DNA of 64,000 nucleotides, from the IMG/VR virus record IMGVR_UViG_3300042291_000957, positions 1-64,000 of that record. One strand, 5' to 3'. Under the pieces are notes generated by a model. That model saw nothing but the letters and a program-made list of their open reading frames with translations. It was not told the origin of the DNA and did not search any database. Below, in pieces: positions 26,278 through 36,647 of this stretch. This stretch comes from a virus. Each line of letters starts with the position of its first letter. Position 1 is the stretch's first letter. The position numbers and the translations under genes were made by a program.

Positions 26278-27081
26278 CTATCTATATAGTACTTTGTCAA
26301 CGGTTCCGGAGGTAGGAGTGTGTTTTATTCTAAACCAATTGTATTTGCCGGTCAAATTGTAATAGTCATTGGTGGCGTTTTCGAAATTCAATGTAGCAAT
26401 ATCAGCCCAAACTTCTGGATTCCCGCCGTCACTGAGACTGCCTTGAATAATCACAGATCCACTATAGTTTGTAAAATACAATTGAAATGTATGCAAAGAG
26501 TTCGGAGCAGTTACTTCTGGTTTAGCATCTATAATGCCGCTAACATAATAATCAGTGAAATCTTCCCCAAAACTCTTGTGCAGGCTAAACACTTTAATAG
26601 AATTGCTGATTGTGGGTGCGCCGTAGATAGAATGTGCTACTTCTATAGTCCCCAGCGTTCCGTACTGACTGTCAGAATACAAAGGAGTTTTTTCAATTAC
26701 TAGGTATTCGTCTGCATTTATAGTAGTTCTAGTTTCTCTATGCAGACTGTATTGATAACTGCCTGTTTCGATATCTAGTAGGTCAGCAGCAGTAAGGGTA
26801 ACGTTAATTTTGCCTGTGACTAGATCAGTGACTGTACAGTCTTTTTCTAAAATTAATTCTTGAGTGTCTCTACCTACTAGGGTAAAAACTACTGTAGATC
26901 CGGTTATATTCAAGGATTTTTGATCGGCATTTTTGACCTGCACTTTGATCCGGTTATCCATTCCGCCGTAGACTTTTATGTTTCGTTGATACACTTTTCG
27001 ATACCTCTCTGTTGTCCAGGCGCCGACATTTGTAAATACATCGATGTTATTTGGGTATAAATAAACTGAAATTTGTTGCAT
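26278..27081 (-). CDS. hypothetical, probable virion structural protein
   Basis: beta-rich; late-type TAAATA upstream. Confidence 0.6.
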   Translation of the reverse strand: MQQISVYLYPNNIDVFTNVGAWTTERYRKVYQRNIKVYGGMDNRIKVQVKNADQKSLNITGSTVVFTLVGRDTQELILEKDCTVTDLVTGKINVTLTAADLLDIETGSYQYSLHRETRTTINADEYLVIEKTPLYSDSQYGTLGTIEVAHSIYGAPTISNSIKVFSLHKSFGEDFTDYYVSGIIDAKPEVTAPNSLHTFQLYFTNYSGSVIIQGSLSDGGNPEVWADIATLNFENATNDYYNLTGKYNWFRIKHTPTSGTVDKVLYR

Positions 27082-27110
27082 ACATTAACGGACCTTTAGC
27101 ATATTTATCT

Positions 27111-27482
27111 ATGAGAATCACAGAAAACCTACAGCAAAACTTTCCATTCATATCCGTGTTAAACCACGTAGATCAAGAATATGTTGGTATTATAATCAAT
27201 CAAGATAATCAGATCACTAGTATGTACGACTATTCGTTGATAAAATCAGACCTAGAAAAAAGTAGGTTTATAGAACTAGGAGAAGCTTGGTGGTGGGAAT
27301 CTAATCGTCAAATACCCATTAGTATTTTTCTTGCTAGAGAAATTTTTACTTACAGATATGCCATAAGAAATTTTGCAACTAAAGATATCAAAGTTATATT
27401 AGGACCAATTACCAGTCTTAATGACATCATAATTAAACGTGTAAAAAGAAAATCTATTACACTGGTAAGAAGAGTACCTTAA
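27111..27482 (+). CDS. hypothetical protein
   Basis: WWWESNRQIPI motif; fills intergenic gap. Confidence 0.7.
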   Translation: MRITENLQQNFPFISVLNHVDQEYVGIIINQDNQITSMYDYSLIKSDLEKSRFIELGEAWWWESNRQIPISIFLAREIFTYRYAIRNFATKDIKVILGPITSLNDIIIKRVKRKSITLVRRVP

Positions 27483-28057
27483 GAGTATCCGTAACTGATA
27501 CCTTCGCAGATCAAATTCATTTGTACTGCTATTGCTACAGCATATGCTGTAGCATGACTTTTCTTAAAGTAATAATCATCGGTCTCTGGTTTTGTCCACA
27601 CTTCTGCCATTACTGTGGTCCAATCTTTTCCTATCAAATAACGCTTGGCTGGACGTATCATCCCCAATACTGCCGCTAGTTGTTCTATGCTTTTCGGCTG
27701 CATTTCTTTGAGTATTGAACCATGCCCGTTGACGTGAAAGAGCAAGCTGGTGAAATCGTCTTGTAATAGCAAATCCCATAATGGCTCCTGATTCATTAGA
27801 TATACTAAATGCTCTTCATCTTTAATGCCGTTGTATAATCCAACATTGAGAAAATCTATTTTAAAATACTCTCGTTGTTCAGCGATATCATAGGGTACTG
27901 CACACAATCCTGTTAGTGCATTAACTGGTACTTCGTGCATGTAGATACCAGTATTATGCTTGACCAACCGATTGTTTTCAACACGGCTGGCTCCTATGTG
28001 TTTAAATAATTTTAGTGCAGAATCTCTGTCTGTAAAATCTATGTCTATATCAGGCAT
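27479..28057 (-). CDS. miniature DNA polymerase III alpha (DnaE)-like protein
   Basis: MPDIDIDF, H.TG, FKIDFL, IRP, YYFKKSHATAY motifs. Confidence 0.8.
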   Translation of the reverse strand: MPDIDIDFTDRDSALKLFKHIGASRVENNRLVKHNTGIYMHEVPVNALTGLCAVPYDIAEQREYFKIDFLNVGLYNGIKDEEHLVYLMNQEPLWDLLLQDDFTSLLFHVNGHGSILKEMQPKSIEQLAAVLGMIRPAKRYLIGKDWTTVMAEVWTKPETDDYYFKKSHATAYAVAIAVQMNLICEGISYGYS

Positions 28058-28238
28058 CTTTACCATCCCAAACTGCTATTTTTTTCCACTGTAATTTTCC
28101 CGAAGTTTCATACGGCACATAAACTTCACCAGTTTCTTTATCAGCCAACATCCACTTACCTGGACATTTTGTTTTGATCTTTAGAGTCACTGGCTTAGCT
28201 AGTTCTTGAGATTCTGTGCCGTCTAATAATTTCCTCAT
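28050..28238 (-). CDS. hypothetical protein
   Basis: TKCPGKW.L.DKETGEVY; coupled ORF. Confidence 0.65.
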   Translation of the reverse strand: MRKLLDGTESQELAKPVTLKIKTKCPGKWMLADKETGEVYVPYETSGKLQWKKIAVWDGKDA

Positions 28239-28477
28239 TAGTTAAGTCTTGTAGTTTCAAACAATAATAATGGCAATGTTTCTGCTAAAAACTGTGCATA
28301 TTCTTCAGCGTCTTCAGAGTCCTCAAATCCGGAAAATTTTACATAAACGTCACTGGAGTCTTCAGCTACAACTACTTCAATGTCAATGTCGTCTCTTGAT
28401 ATATGTTCTTCATTGTCCTTAAGTTCTTCTTCAACGATTTCTGGTTCCGGCTCTTCTCGTCGTTTTTTAAAAATCAT
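28238..28477 (-). CDS. acidic hypothetical protein
   Basis: coupled ORF. Confidence 0.65.
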   Translation of the reverse strand: MIFKKRREEPEPEIVEEELKDNEEHISRDDIDIEVVVAEDSSDVYVKFSGFEDSEDAEEYAQFLAETLPLLLFETTRLN

Positions 28478-29160
28478 AATATTTTTGCCTCCTTAATGAC
28501 ATCTTTTATTAATTCAACATCAGCAGGCAGTGCTTTAAATCGTTTCATCCAAAATTGCGGATCAATATATGGCTCAACAATGGCCAATTGTTCGTCATTC
28601 ATTTTTGTCAACATCTCTTTGCCTGCTTTTGTATTTAACACCAGCCAAGGACTAATTGTGCCTTCTTTAATATCATGAGTGGCTCGATTGAGATTGACAT
28701 AGGCAAAATAGTGTTCCCATTGTGCATTGTTCACGTTAGCCCAATCCATCATGGTTTTAATCGATCTTTGAATAGCACCGTCTGCGGGTTCTATTTTTAT
28801 CAATTCAGAAACATAGGTATCATAAAGTTCATCACGACACCAATGGTCTAGTTTGATACCACTCTTGATCACATAGTCTATAAATCTTTCTGGATATATC
28901 GGCGATGTATTAATTAGAAAACTTCCGAATTTAACAAAAGCAGTATAGTATGGACTACTAGCAAAATCATCAAAATTTTTATTAGACTTTGTTGATTGGG
29001 TAATTTCATAAAACCTTTGATAGGTTAGGAGTCCTGCCTGAACATGTTTTTCTGTCTTTGACATATGGCGACGTTTTTGTTCGCAGACATGAACAAAGAG
29101 TGTTTTTTCTTTGGCAAATAGTTTTTCACAAAATTCGCATTTATAATTTAAGTTCTGCAA
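28474..29160 (-). CDS. C2H2-like Zn-finger-containing hypothetical protein
   Basis: YKCEFCEKLF...HVC; start uncertain (TTG 29160 or upstream). Confidence 0.7.
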   Translation of the reverse strand: MQNLNYKCEFCEKLFAKEKTLFVHVCEQKRRHMSKTEKHVQAGLLTYQRFYEITQSTKSNKNFDDFASSPYYTAFVKFGSFLINTSPIYPERFIDYVIKSGIKLDHWCRDELYDTYVSELIKIEPADGAIQRSIKTMMDWANVNNAQWEHYFAYVNLNRATHDIKEGTISPWLVLNTKAGKEMLTKMNDEQLAIVEPYIDPQFWMKRFKALPADVELIKDVIKEAKIL

Positions 29161-29620
29161 TTTGTTTTTTATCCCAACCAAGGTCTTGGCAGTATTCTTT
29201 GATTTCTTTGTCTGTGGTAATTGCGGCAAGAGTTTCAATATCATTGTGTTTCATATTAGGAAAGAATTGACTAATTATTTCTTCTTTTTTATTCTTGGAT
29301 TTTTTTAAGGGTATGTATTCGTGAAAATGTGTTTTACCATTACCATAGCTGCATAGGCACAACAACATCCAAACCAATTTGGGATGTTGCTGTATCACGG
29401 CCCAATTCTTATTGTAAATTTCATTTGTGATTTCTACAAAATGTTCTTGGATTTCTCTGTTAGAACTTTTAACACCACTAATGTAGCGATTTAAATTCCA
29501 AAAGTCTCCTTTGATTTCTTTGCGACCTTCGTCTGTAGTAGCATCCCAAAGTTCTTTGACTCCTAGATCTACAGCAGGAATTATGTCTTTAAAAAGGTCT
29601 ACGTGTTTATTTTTTGCCAT
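29141..29620 (-). CDS. possible clamp-loader small subunit (gp62-like)
   Basis: LNRYIS...NEIYN...WMLL pattern and replication-gene context; weak. Confidence 0.5.
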   Translation of the reverse strand: MAKNKHVDLFKDIIPAVDLGVKELWDATTDEGRKEIKGDFWNLNRYISGVKSSNREIQEHFVEITNEIYNKNWAVIQQHPKLVWMLLCLCSYGNGKTHFHEYIPLKKSKNKKEEIISQFFPNMKHNDIETLAAITTDKEIKEYCQDLGWDKKQIAELKL

Positions 29621-29888
29621 TGTCTTTGCTTAAATGATATACTATTATAGCACGATCTAACACAGATTGCAATGTCTTATTTGTCCTAGCGGCTCGCCGA
29701 ATTTCTCCCCAAAGTTGATCTTCTTTCATATGCTCATATAACGGACGACCGTCGTGAGTTCTTGGATCTATTTTGTTTTCATACTGATATCCAATTAACT
29801 TACGATCAGTTTTGCCGGGTTCTCTAGCGTAGATCTCCTCGCCATTACGTTCGTAGACATAGGTAGTGCCTGGTTTAAGTGTTCCCAT
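29607..29888 (-). CDS. hypothetical protein
   Basis: YVYER....IYARE motif. Confidence 0.65.
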   Translation of the reverse strand: MGTLKPGTTYVYERNGEEIYAREPGKTDRKLIGYQYENKIDPRTHDGRPLYEHMKEDQLWGEIRRAARTNKTLQSVLDRAIIVYHLSKDNGKK

Positions 29889-30444
29889 GATCAATTTCTG
29901 CAAGAATAAAATATTTTTTTATCAGCATTGGTGTTTTCTGTCCTTTGGGGATTTTGGTATTTTCCAAGTATTGTTCGTCTAAAATTTTATAACCTAAATT
30001 TAAAAATTTTTGGCGCCACCATTCTTTAGATTCTAATATTAAGTGAGCATTTCGTCCATCGGGTAAAATTAATTTTGCCGGGCTAAGAGCTATTAAATGA
30101 TAAATGTATCGACTTCTTTTAGAAAGATATTCTAAAGTTTGATCTACAAATTCAGGTTCAATGTGTTCTAAAACATCTGTAGACATTAACAGATCCACAT
30201 ATACATCATCTAGAGAAGAATCAAACTTACAATTTCCTGGATCATACCCTTGTATTATTTTGTCTGGATATTGTTCTTTTAATTTATCTACTAACCTTCC
30301 TTTACCGCATCCAAAATCTAAAATGCTGTTAGGTTTGATTTTAGCAATAAAGTCTTCAGCGAATTTTGGAATTTTAGATCTTTTGCCAAACGGAGTATCG
30401 GCATGTATGTCTGTTAGAATTTTTTTATATTTGTCGCTAATCAT
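29875..30444 (-). CDS. class I SAM-dependent methyltransferase
   Basis: ILDFGCGKG, DVLEHIEP. Confidence 0.85.
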   Translation of the reverse strand: MISDKYKKILTDIHADTPFGKRSKIPKFAEDFIAKIKPNSILDFGCGKGRLVDKLKEQYPDKIIQGYDPGNCKFDSSLDDVYVDLLMSTDVLEHIEPEFVDQTLEYLSKRSRYIYHLIALSPAKLILPDGRNAHLILESKEWWRQKFLNLGYKILDEQYLENTKIPKGQKTPMLIKKYFILAEIDHGNT

Positions 30445-31277
30445 TTTACTCTTAATAACTCTTGTATAGTATATAATTGTTGCATAAACGGAGACGGAGT
30501 ATCAAGCACACTAGATTCAAGATCACCCGCCCTTCTTGGGCATATGTTAACTTTAAAATCACAATTATTAACTTTCTTATACAAGTTAATCATTTGTTTT
30601 ACTGTTGTGCCTACGCCGTGGCCTAAGTTTTCAATTTGATTTGTCGAACGATCAATTGCTTGTTCTAGAGCATGACAAATTTCATTGACATGCGTATAGT
30701 CTCGAACAGCCGAGCCATCTAGAGTATTATAATCATTGCCGAACAAGTTAAATTCACCAGTCTTTTCAGCATTCATTAAATTCCACATTAGCCCATCTGG
30801 ATTAGTTGGATTAATGCCGTCACTGCCTGTAACATTATAAAATCTAAAAATAGTAAACGGTATACTTCGTTCTTTACAATATTGATCTACAATTTGTTCA
30901 GACGCTCGTTTGCTAATACCGTAGGGATTATTCATTGGACCTGCTGACCCTGTACTAGCATGAACAAATCTCTTGTATTTTAACTCTTGGAGTATTCGTA
31001 GTGTGCCTAGAGTATTTGTTTTATAATACACTATGGGATTTTTTACACTTCGTCCTACAGCAACTTCTGCTGCCAAATGAATTACACAATCAAATTCAAA
31101 ATCAGTATCCCATAAGAAGTATCCGGGCATTGTGATATCGTTTCGAGCCTGTTCTTTAACTGGCAGTTGTGGTACTTTTCTATCTAGACCGTAGAGTTCT
31201 AGATCGGTTCGCTTACCTAAGAACTTGGTTAGGTGCGAACCAATATATCCGGCATTACCTGTTATTAATATTTTCAT
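30441..31277 (-). CDS. NAD-dependent epimerase/dehydratase (GalE-like)
   Basis: TGNAGYIG, HLAA, YGISK, RFYNV, DGSAVRDY.HV. Confidence 0.88.
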   Translation of the reverse strand: MKILITGNAGYIGSHLTKFLGKRTDLELYGLDRKVPQLPVKEQARNDITMPGYFLWDTDFEFDCVIHLAAEVAVGRSVKNPIVYYKTNTLGTLRILQELKYKRFVHASTGSAGPMNNPYGISKRASEQIVDQYCKERSIPFTIFRFYNVTGSDGINPTNPDGLMWNLMNAEKTGEFNLFGNDYNTLDGSAVRDYTHVNEICHALEQAIDRSTNQIENLGHGVGTTVKQMINLYKKVNNCDFKVNICPRRAGDLESSVLDTPSPFMQQLYTIQELLRVK

Positions 31278-31807
31278 TTTTCTAATACAAGAAATCCACA
31301 GTCATCATTGTCGTGATATTTTATACGCCACTGCGGATTATTGGCCCACCATTTTCTTATACCTGCATAGGTTTCAAATCTAGGTTCTGCTACATCATGA
31401 AATACCAAGTATCTCGAAACTTTGTCTGCGTGTAATCTTAGTTCATTATAAGTATGCTCTTCGGTATGCATAGTATCTATGAATAATAATTCACAGGGTT
31501 CGATTTCTATTTCTAAATCATTACCTAACACAAATTGAAATTCAACTCCGGCTTCTTCTGCTGCTTGTTGAAATAACTCTTTGTCTAATGTTGTACCTTG
31601 ATCAACAGTAACGAATTTTTTTGGTCTCAACATTAACCAGGCAGATGTTGAACATCCTTGGAATGGACCAAATTCTGTAATAGTTTCTACACCCTGAAAT
31701 GTCTGCTGTATGTAATCCATTCGACGATACATATCACCGACCATTTTCCAGCGAACACCCTCTCTAGTTTTGTTTTTAAAACTGTTAAAAATTTCTTCAA
31801 TTATCAT
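31274..31807 (-). CDS. SAM-dependent methyltransferase (Methyltransf_24-like)
   Basis: EFG...GCST, LLFIDTMH, VFHD. Confidence 0.75.
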   Translation of the reverse strand: MIIEEIFNSFKNKTREGVRWKMVGDMYRRMDYIQQTFQGVETITEFGPFQGCSTSAWLMLRPKKFVTVDQGTTLDKELFQQAAEEAGVEFQFVLGNDLEIEIEPCELLFIDTMHTEEHTYNELRLHADKVSRYLVFHDVAEPRFETYAGIRKWWANNPQWRIKYHDNDDCGFLVLEK

Positions 31808-31830
31808 AAATTTTCCTGTTATTAAAACTT

Positions 31831-32385
31831 TCATTCTATAAATTTTAACACAAGTTCTGAACCCTGCCAATCTTTAAATTGTTCTTTCCACCAATCTGGG
31901 TCTAATCTATCTGCTTTGAAATATTCGGCTAGTGTATGATCGCCTTTTGATGATTTTCCTTTTTTTAGTCGATTGCCTATAAAACAGAATTTTGTAGCCA
32001 TCTGCATTAGTTGATTAACTACCGTTGGAAAATCTGCATCGGGAATTCCGGTCAGAGATTGAATTGCAATTATGCTGTCAAATTTAGCATCTTGTTCGGG
32101 ATGCTTAGAATATTCATCAACACAGGGATCAAACAGATAAAACGAATCCAGGCCTAGCCATTTATCAAAGGACGCTCCGTTAAACCATTCTTTATATTTT
32201 TCTTCATTATAATAATGAAATGCCTTGCCGCAGCCATAGTCTAATAATGTCTTAGCATTGTGTTTCTCAACAAGTGCTTTGATATCGGAATGATAACCTA
32301 AGGTCGCTACTCCCGAGTAGACTTCTTTTTTAAGATGATATTGTTTTACTCGATCAATTGTTTGATAGTATACATTGCTATACAT
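31831..32385 (-). CDS. class I SAM-dependent methyltransferase
   Basis: LLDYGCGKA; paralogous to 29875-30444. Confidence 0.8.
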   Translation of the reverse strand: MYSNVYYQTIDRVKQYHLKKEVYSGVATLGYHSDIKALVEKHNAKTLLDYGCGKAFHYYNEEKYKEWFNGASFDKWLGLDSFYLFDPCVDEYSKHPEQDAKFDSIIAIQSLTGIPDADFPTVVNQLMQMATKFCFIGNRLKKGKSSKGDHTLAEYFKADRLDPDWWKEQFKDWQGSELVLKFIE

Positions 32386-33016
32386 TTTTTAAAATTTCCT
32401 TATATATTCCTAAATACCATTCTGCAGTTTTTTGATCTCCTTTAAGAGTTAAAAATGTGCCGCTGCCTTGGCCAAAACTCATCCAATCACCTACATTTAA
32501 TTTTTTATAGTGATATTTGTTATCTAATATATTTAAAATATCTTGATCCCAACCATATTGCCAATTTTCTAAAGGCATTGATAATAGTTGTTCTCTAAAT
32601 TCATTTCTAAATTTAGAATCACTACCGTAGGTAACTAATCCGGCCATCCATCTTATATTTTTTTGATGTCGTTGTACGTGTATTGTGGATATAATTATAT
32701 GCAACTCGTCTCTTGTAAATTGTCTAGTACACAGCGTGTCGCAATCTAGTGTCATGACTAATTCGTCGTTAGGAAATAGTTCTGCACATTTTAAAAATCG
32801 AACCGCCTGATAATATGGAACTTTACAAGATTCGTTTGGAAAGTCAACAATGTCTTCGTGGTATGTTACTCCTGAAATTTTATAATAAGAATTTCTAGGA
32901 TTTACAATAACGATGTGTACATTTAGCCAAGGAGTAAATTTTTGTATGCTTCTTGCACAATTTATGGCCCAGGTGTCGTAATATGCAGAATCACAGGCTA
33001 GTAAAATATTATACAT
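32378..33016 (-). CDS. putative GT-A glycosyltransferase
   Basis: VRF, LDCD (DxD), WDQDIL. Confidence 0.6.
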   Translation of the reverse strand: MYNILLACDSAYYDTWAINCARSIQKFTPWLNVHIVIVNPRNSYYKISGVTYHEDIVDFPNESCKVPYYQAVRFLKCAELFPNDELVMTLDCDTLCTRQFTRDELHIIISTIHVQRHQKNIRWMAGLVTYGSDSKFRNEFREQLLSMPLENWQYGWDQDILNILDNKYHYKKLNVGDWMSFGQGSGTFLTLKGDQKTAEWYLGIYKEILKNV

Positions 33017-33017
33017 A

Positions 33018-33833
33018 TTAAAAGTTTTTCATTTCCAATAACATAACATCATACGAAGGTATTTTAAAGTCAATAAGTTTTCTAGTATCGATCAATATTT
33101 TATTAACTGGCTTAGGCCCTTGCGTTCTTAATATTGTTTTTTCTAATTGATACACTTCGTTTATTTTTGACACTAGATCATACTTAGTGATTTTGTTTTC
33201 ATTATTAACCACGTGATATACACCTGTTATTATGGGATTACACATATATTTTTCAATGCACTTTGCAAGTTCTAATGTAGTAATACCATTCCACCAAGCA
33301 TTGTCCCATCCTTGTAATTCTTGCTGTGGGTTAGTTACAATCCATTGAAATAATCCAGTGCCCGTTGATTTAATTTCTGGCCCAATAATGCTCATTCTAA
33401 ATGTAACATCTTTATCATTGTTAATTTCGCCTAGAGATTTTGACTTGCCATACAAGTTAGTTTCGGTGTGTGTATCCGATTCAACATAGTTTCCTTTTTT
33501 GCCATCAAACACACAATCAGTTGATAAGTGAACTACTCGTGTCTTGCTGTTTAAAAAGGTATGCTCTAAGAAGTGTGGGAACCATCCATTGATTAATGCA
33601 GCACGATCCGGACGATCGTTACTATCTTTGACTAACAATCCTACACAATTAATTACAAAGTCAAACATATTTGTAAATTCATTGAGACGCTGTACTTCTG
33701 CAAGATTCTCAACATCCATGATAAGATCTGCATCAGACCTTGCCATTGTACTTACATTGTGTCCCTGCTGTTTGAGATATCGCGTGATAACATGACCAGC
33801 CATACCGTTGCTGCCAACTACTAAGACTTTCAT
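33018..33833 (-). CDS. RmlD-family NDP-4-keto-6-deoxysugar reductase
   Basis: GSNGMAG, STDCVFDG, YGKSK. Confidence 0.85.
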   Translation of the reverse strand: MKVLVVGSNGMAGHVITRYLKQQGHNVSTMARSDADLIMDVENLAEVQRLNEFTNMFDFVINCVGLLVKDSNDRPDRAALINGWFPHFLEHTFLNSKTRVVHLSTDCVFDGKKGNYVESDTHTETNLYGKSKSLGEINNDKDVTFRMSIIGPEIKSTGTGLFQWIVTNPQQELQGWDNAWWNGITTLELAKCIEKYMCNPIITGVYHVVNNENKITKYDLVSKINEVYQLEKTILRTQGPKPVNKILIDTRKLIDFKIPSYDVMLLEMKNF

Positions 33834-34822
33834 ATAAAATTACCCTTCTTGAGCATTTCTTTAATGGCATCGTGTTGCATAATAAATGTTTTAGAACTAA
33901 ATTCTTCTTGTGAAAACTTTTCTAAATTACTATATTTGTCTACTAATGTTTGTTTAGGATTAAATGGCAGTATCACAAAGTATGCATCGTCATATTTGTA
34001 AGACATCACTGCTTCGTGTTTTGATATCAACATCTCATCTAATTTTTCGCCCGGCTTACTGCCCATCTCTGTAATTTCTGCATTACCGTAGACACTTATT
34101 AATATGTCTGCAATGTCTTTGATGTATGCCGCTGGCATATTCATTACAAATGTTTCACCGCCTATACTTTCTTCGGCAGCTTTAAATAGTAAACCAATTG
34201 CTTCTTCAAGTGTTAAAAAGAATCGAGTCATTCTTAGATCAGTAATAGTAACTGGGCCACCACTGCGAATCTGTTCAATAAAGTACGGAATAACACTGCC
34301 ATTAGACCCCATGACATTTCCGCCACGAACGCAGACAAATCTAGTATGGTCCGTTAGATCGTTTGCCTGAATAATTAATTTTTCACCTACTGCTTTAGTC
34401 ATTCCATATAAATTCAATGGTTCAACGGCCTTGTCAGTGGATACATCGATAACTTTTTTAACACGATTTTCAATCGCAGCATTAACAACATTTGTTGTGC
34501 CTATTACATTTGTTTTAATAGCTTCCTGAGGCTGATCTTCGCAGATAGGTACATGTTTAAGAGCTGCCATGTGAAAAATATAATCAACATTTTTAGTAGC
34601 AAACTTAACTGCTTCGTAGTCTCTAACATCACCTATGATGTATTTGATCTTGGGATTTTTAAACTTGCGTTGCATTAATACCTGCTGAAGTTCACCTCTT
34701 GAGAAAATAATAATCTCTTTAGGATTGTGTTTTTCAAGCATTAATCGAGTCAGTGTTTGTCCCCACGACCCGGTGCCGCCGGTAATTAAAATTCGTGCGT
34801 TGTCAAAAATACTGTTATTCAT
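33830..34822 (-). CDS. UDP-GlcNAc 4,6-dehydratase (FnlA/WbjB/PseB-like)
   Basis: TGGTGSWG, AALKHVP, STDKAV, YGMTK, GNVMGSNGSVIP, MTRF. Confidence 0.9.
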   Translation of the reverse strand: MNNSIFDNARILITGGTGSWGQTLTRLMLEKHNPKEIIIFSRGELQQVLMQRKFKNPKIKYIIGDVRDYEAVKFATKNVDYIFHMAALKHVPICEDQPQEAIKTNVIGTTNVVNAAIENRVKKVIDVSTDKAVEPLNLYGMTKAVGEKLIIQANDLTDHTRFVCVRGGNVMGSNGSVIPYFIEQIRSGGPVTITDLRMTRFFLTLEEAIGLLFKAAEESIGGETFVMNMPAAYIKDIADILISVYGNAEITEMGSKPGEKLDEMLISKHEAVMSYKYDDAYFVILPFNPKQTLVDKYSNLEKFSQEEFSSKTFIMQHDAIKEMLKKGNFI

Positions 34823-35573
34823 ATTTTACTCCAATATCATCTGGGTTGTGGAACAGTGCTCTATGTTTGTTATCTAGGGATTCCACTTCTTCTGCAGGTC
34901 TTGTATTTGTATAGTAATATAAAATTAATGATCTACGACTTCTATCCTCTGGGCACTTTAACGGAGTAGGATGTCCGTGAAAACTAAAATCGTCAGTTCT
35001 AAATACAACCAGTCTGTTGAGTAATGGACTAATCTTGTCAACACACACGTCCGGTTTGTTGTTTGGGGTCCTTGACCACATTTCTAAATGGCCTCCCCAT
35101 TCTTCTTGCCAATCATCGTTTAGATATAGGATAACATTTAATCTTCGGTGTACTCCCATTAGATCGTGCCAGTTGCCGTCTGCGTGTACTGCTAGTGTGC
35201 CGCCTGTATTAATCTGATTAAATCCACCGCCTGTTAGATACGGATCGGGAATAAGTCCATCAACGCCAGTTAGCTTAGATAGGAATCTTAAAAATGTTCC
35301 ACCATTTAAAAAATTAATTAAATTTAATGTGTTAGCGGGAACATCACTGTCATCCTTCCAATCACTGCGCCATTTAATCTGAATTTTATCGTGGTTGCGT
35401 TTGTCCCAACTTTCAAAATTTTCATTGTTAAAGTCAGTTAGTGTTTCATTAATAACTTCTTGTGTAAAAAAATTATCTATAGCAATATAGTTAAACGGTT
35501 GCTTAGATTGAAATTTACTAGACAGATCTTCTAGATTAAATTTATCAAATTCTACATATTTCTTTTTCATCAA
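34815..35573 (-). CDS. 2OG-Fe(II) oxygenase
   Basis: HAD, LYLN, GGHLE, HGHP, RRS. Confidence 0.85.
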   Translation of the reverse strand: MMKKKYVEFDKFNLEDLSSKFQSKQPFNYIAIDNFFTQEVINETLTDFNNENFESWDKRNHDKIQIKWRSDWKDDSDVPANTLNLINFLNGGTFLRFLSKLTGVDGLIPDPYLTGGGFNQINTGGTLAVHADGNWHDLMGVHRRLNVILYLNDDWQEEWGGHLEMWSRTPNNKPDVCVDKISPLLNRLVVFRTDDFSFHGHPTPLKCPEDRSRRSLILYYYTNTRPAEEVESLDNKHRALFHNPDDIGVKYE

Positions 35574-35579
35574 TCGTCC

Positions 35580-36647
35580 TTAGTTTGACAGTAGTATGTT
35601 AACAACTACGTCTGATACATTATTTTGATCGTACTCTGCAGGTACTTTCCAGTTTCGGTCAGCTGACTTCATTCTGTTAAAGCAGGCAACAATATTGTCT
35701 TTATCTAACCCACTAATTACATTAGAACCACACCAAACAGTTTCAGGACGCTCAGTAGTATCTCTAATTGTAACAGTTGGTATTTTAAATAAACACATTT
35801 CTTCTTGCACAGTGCCCGAATCTGAGATTGCCATAAAACTGTTTTGTTCAAGATTTACAAAATCAAAAAATCCAAACGGTTCTAAAATAATAATGTTGTC
35901 AGTGTTTACATTAAATTTTTGTATTTTATCTCGAGTTCTAGGATGACAACTAAACACAATTTTATATTCTTTAGAAATTTCTTGTAATGCTGCAAAAATA
36001 CTTTTAAGTCTATGATCATCGTCAACATTCTCAGCTCGATGCGCGGTTACAATAATGTATTTGTTTGGTTCTAGATTTAATTTATTAAGTATCGACGATT
36101 GTGAAATTTTACTTTGATATTTGTTGATAACTTCTTTAATAGGGTTGCCAGTAACTGCAATTCTATTGTTAGGAACACCTTCTCTTAGCAAGTTTTGTCT
36201 ACTTAATTCTGTATAGGGCAAGTTGTACGTACTAATTGCATCAATAACTTTTCTATTTTTTTCTTCGGGAACTTTTAAATCGTTACATCTATTTCCAGCT
36301 TCCATATGGTACACTGGGATGTTAAATCTTTCAGCAACAAACGCAGACAATCCTGAATTAGTATCGCCTAGTACTAAAACTCGTGTGGGGTTAAACTCGT
36401 TGATTGCCTGTTCTACACCGGTAAAAATTTTACCAAGTTGTTCACCAAATGACGCAGATTTGCTGTCAATAATTTTATTAGGGTGACGTAATTCTAATTC
36501 TTGAAAAAATATTTCATTAAGATTAGGATCATAATTTTGCCCGGTGTGTAACACATAATGCTCGCAGGCTGCGTCAAGTTTAGGGATAATACAAGACAAT
36601 CTTATAATTTCAGGTCTTGTTCCTAAAATTGTTAAAATTTTAGCCAT
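35580..36647 (-). CDS. UDP-N-acetylhexosamine 2-epimerase (FnlC/WbjD-like)
   Basis: GTRPEII, HTGQNYD, GDTNS, HMEAGNR, PEE.NR, DSGTVQEE, TERPE. Confidence 0.92.
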   Translation of the reverse strand: MAKILTILGTRPEIIRLSCIIPKLDAACEHYVLHTGQNYDPNLNEIFFQELELRHPNKIIDSKSASFGEQLGKIFTGVEQAINEFNPTRVLVLGDTNSGLSAFVAERFNIPVYHMEAGNRCNDLKVPEEKNRKVIDAISTYNLPYTELSRQNLLREGVPNNRIAVTGNPIKEVINKYQSKISQSSILNKLNLEPNKYIIVTAHRAENVDDDHRLKSIFAALQEISKEYKIVFSCHPRTRDKIQKFNVNTDNIIILEPFGFFDFVNLEQNSFMAISDSGTVQEEMCLFKIPTVTIRDTTERPETVWCGSNVISGLDKDNIVACFNRMKSADRNWKVPAEYDQNNVSDVVVNILLSN

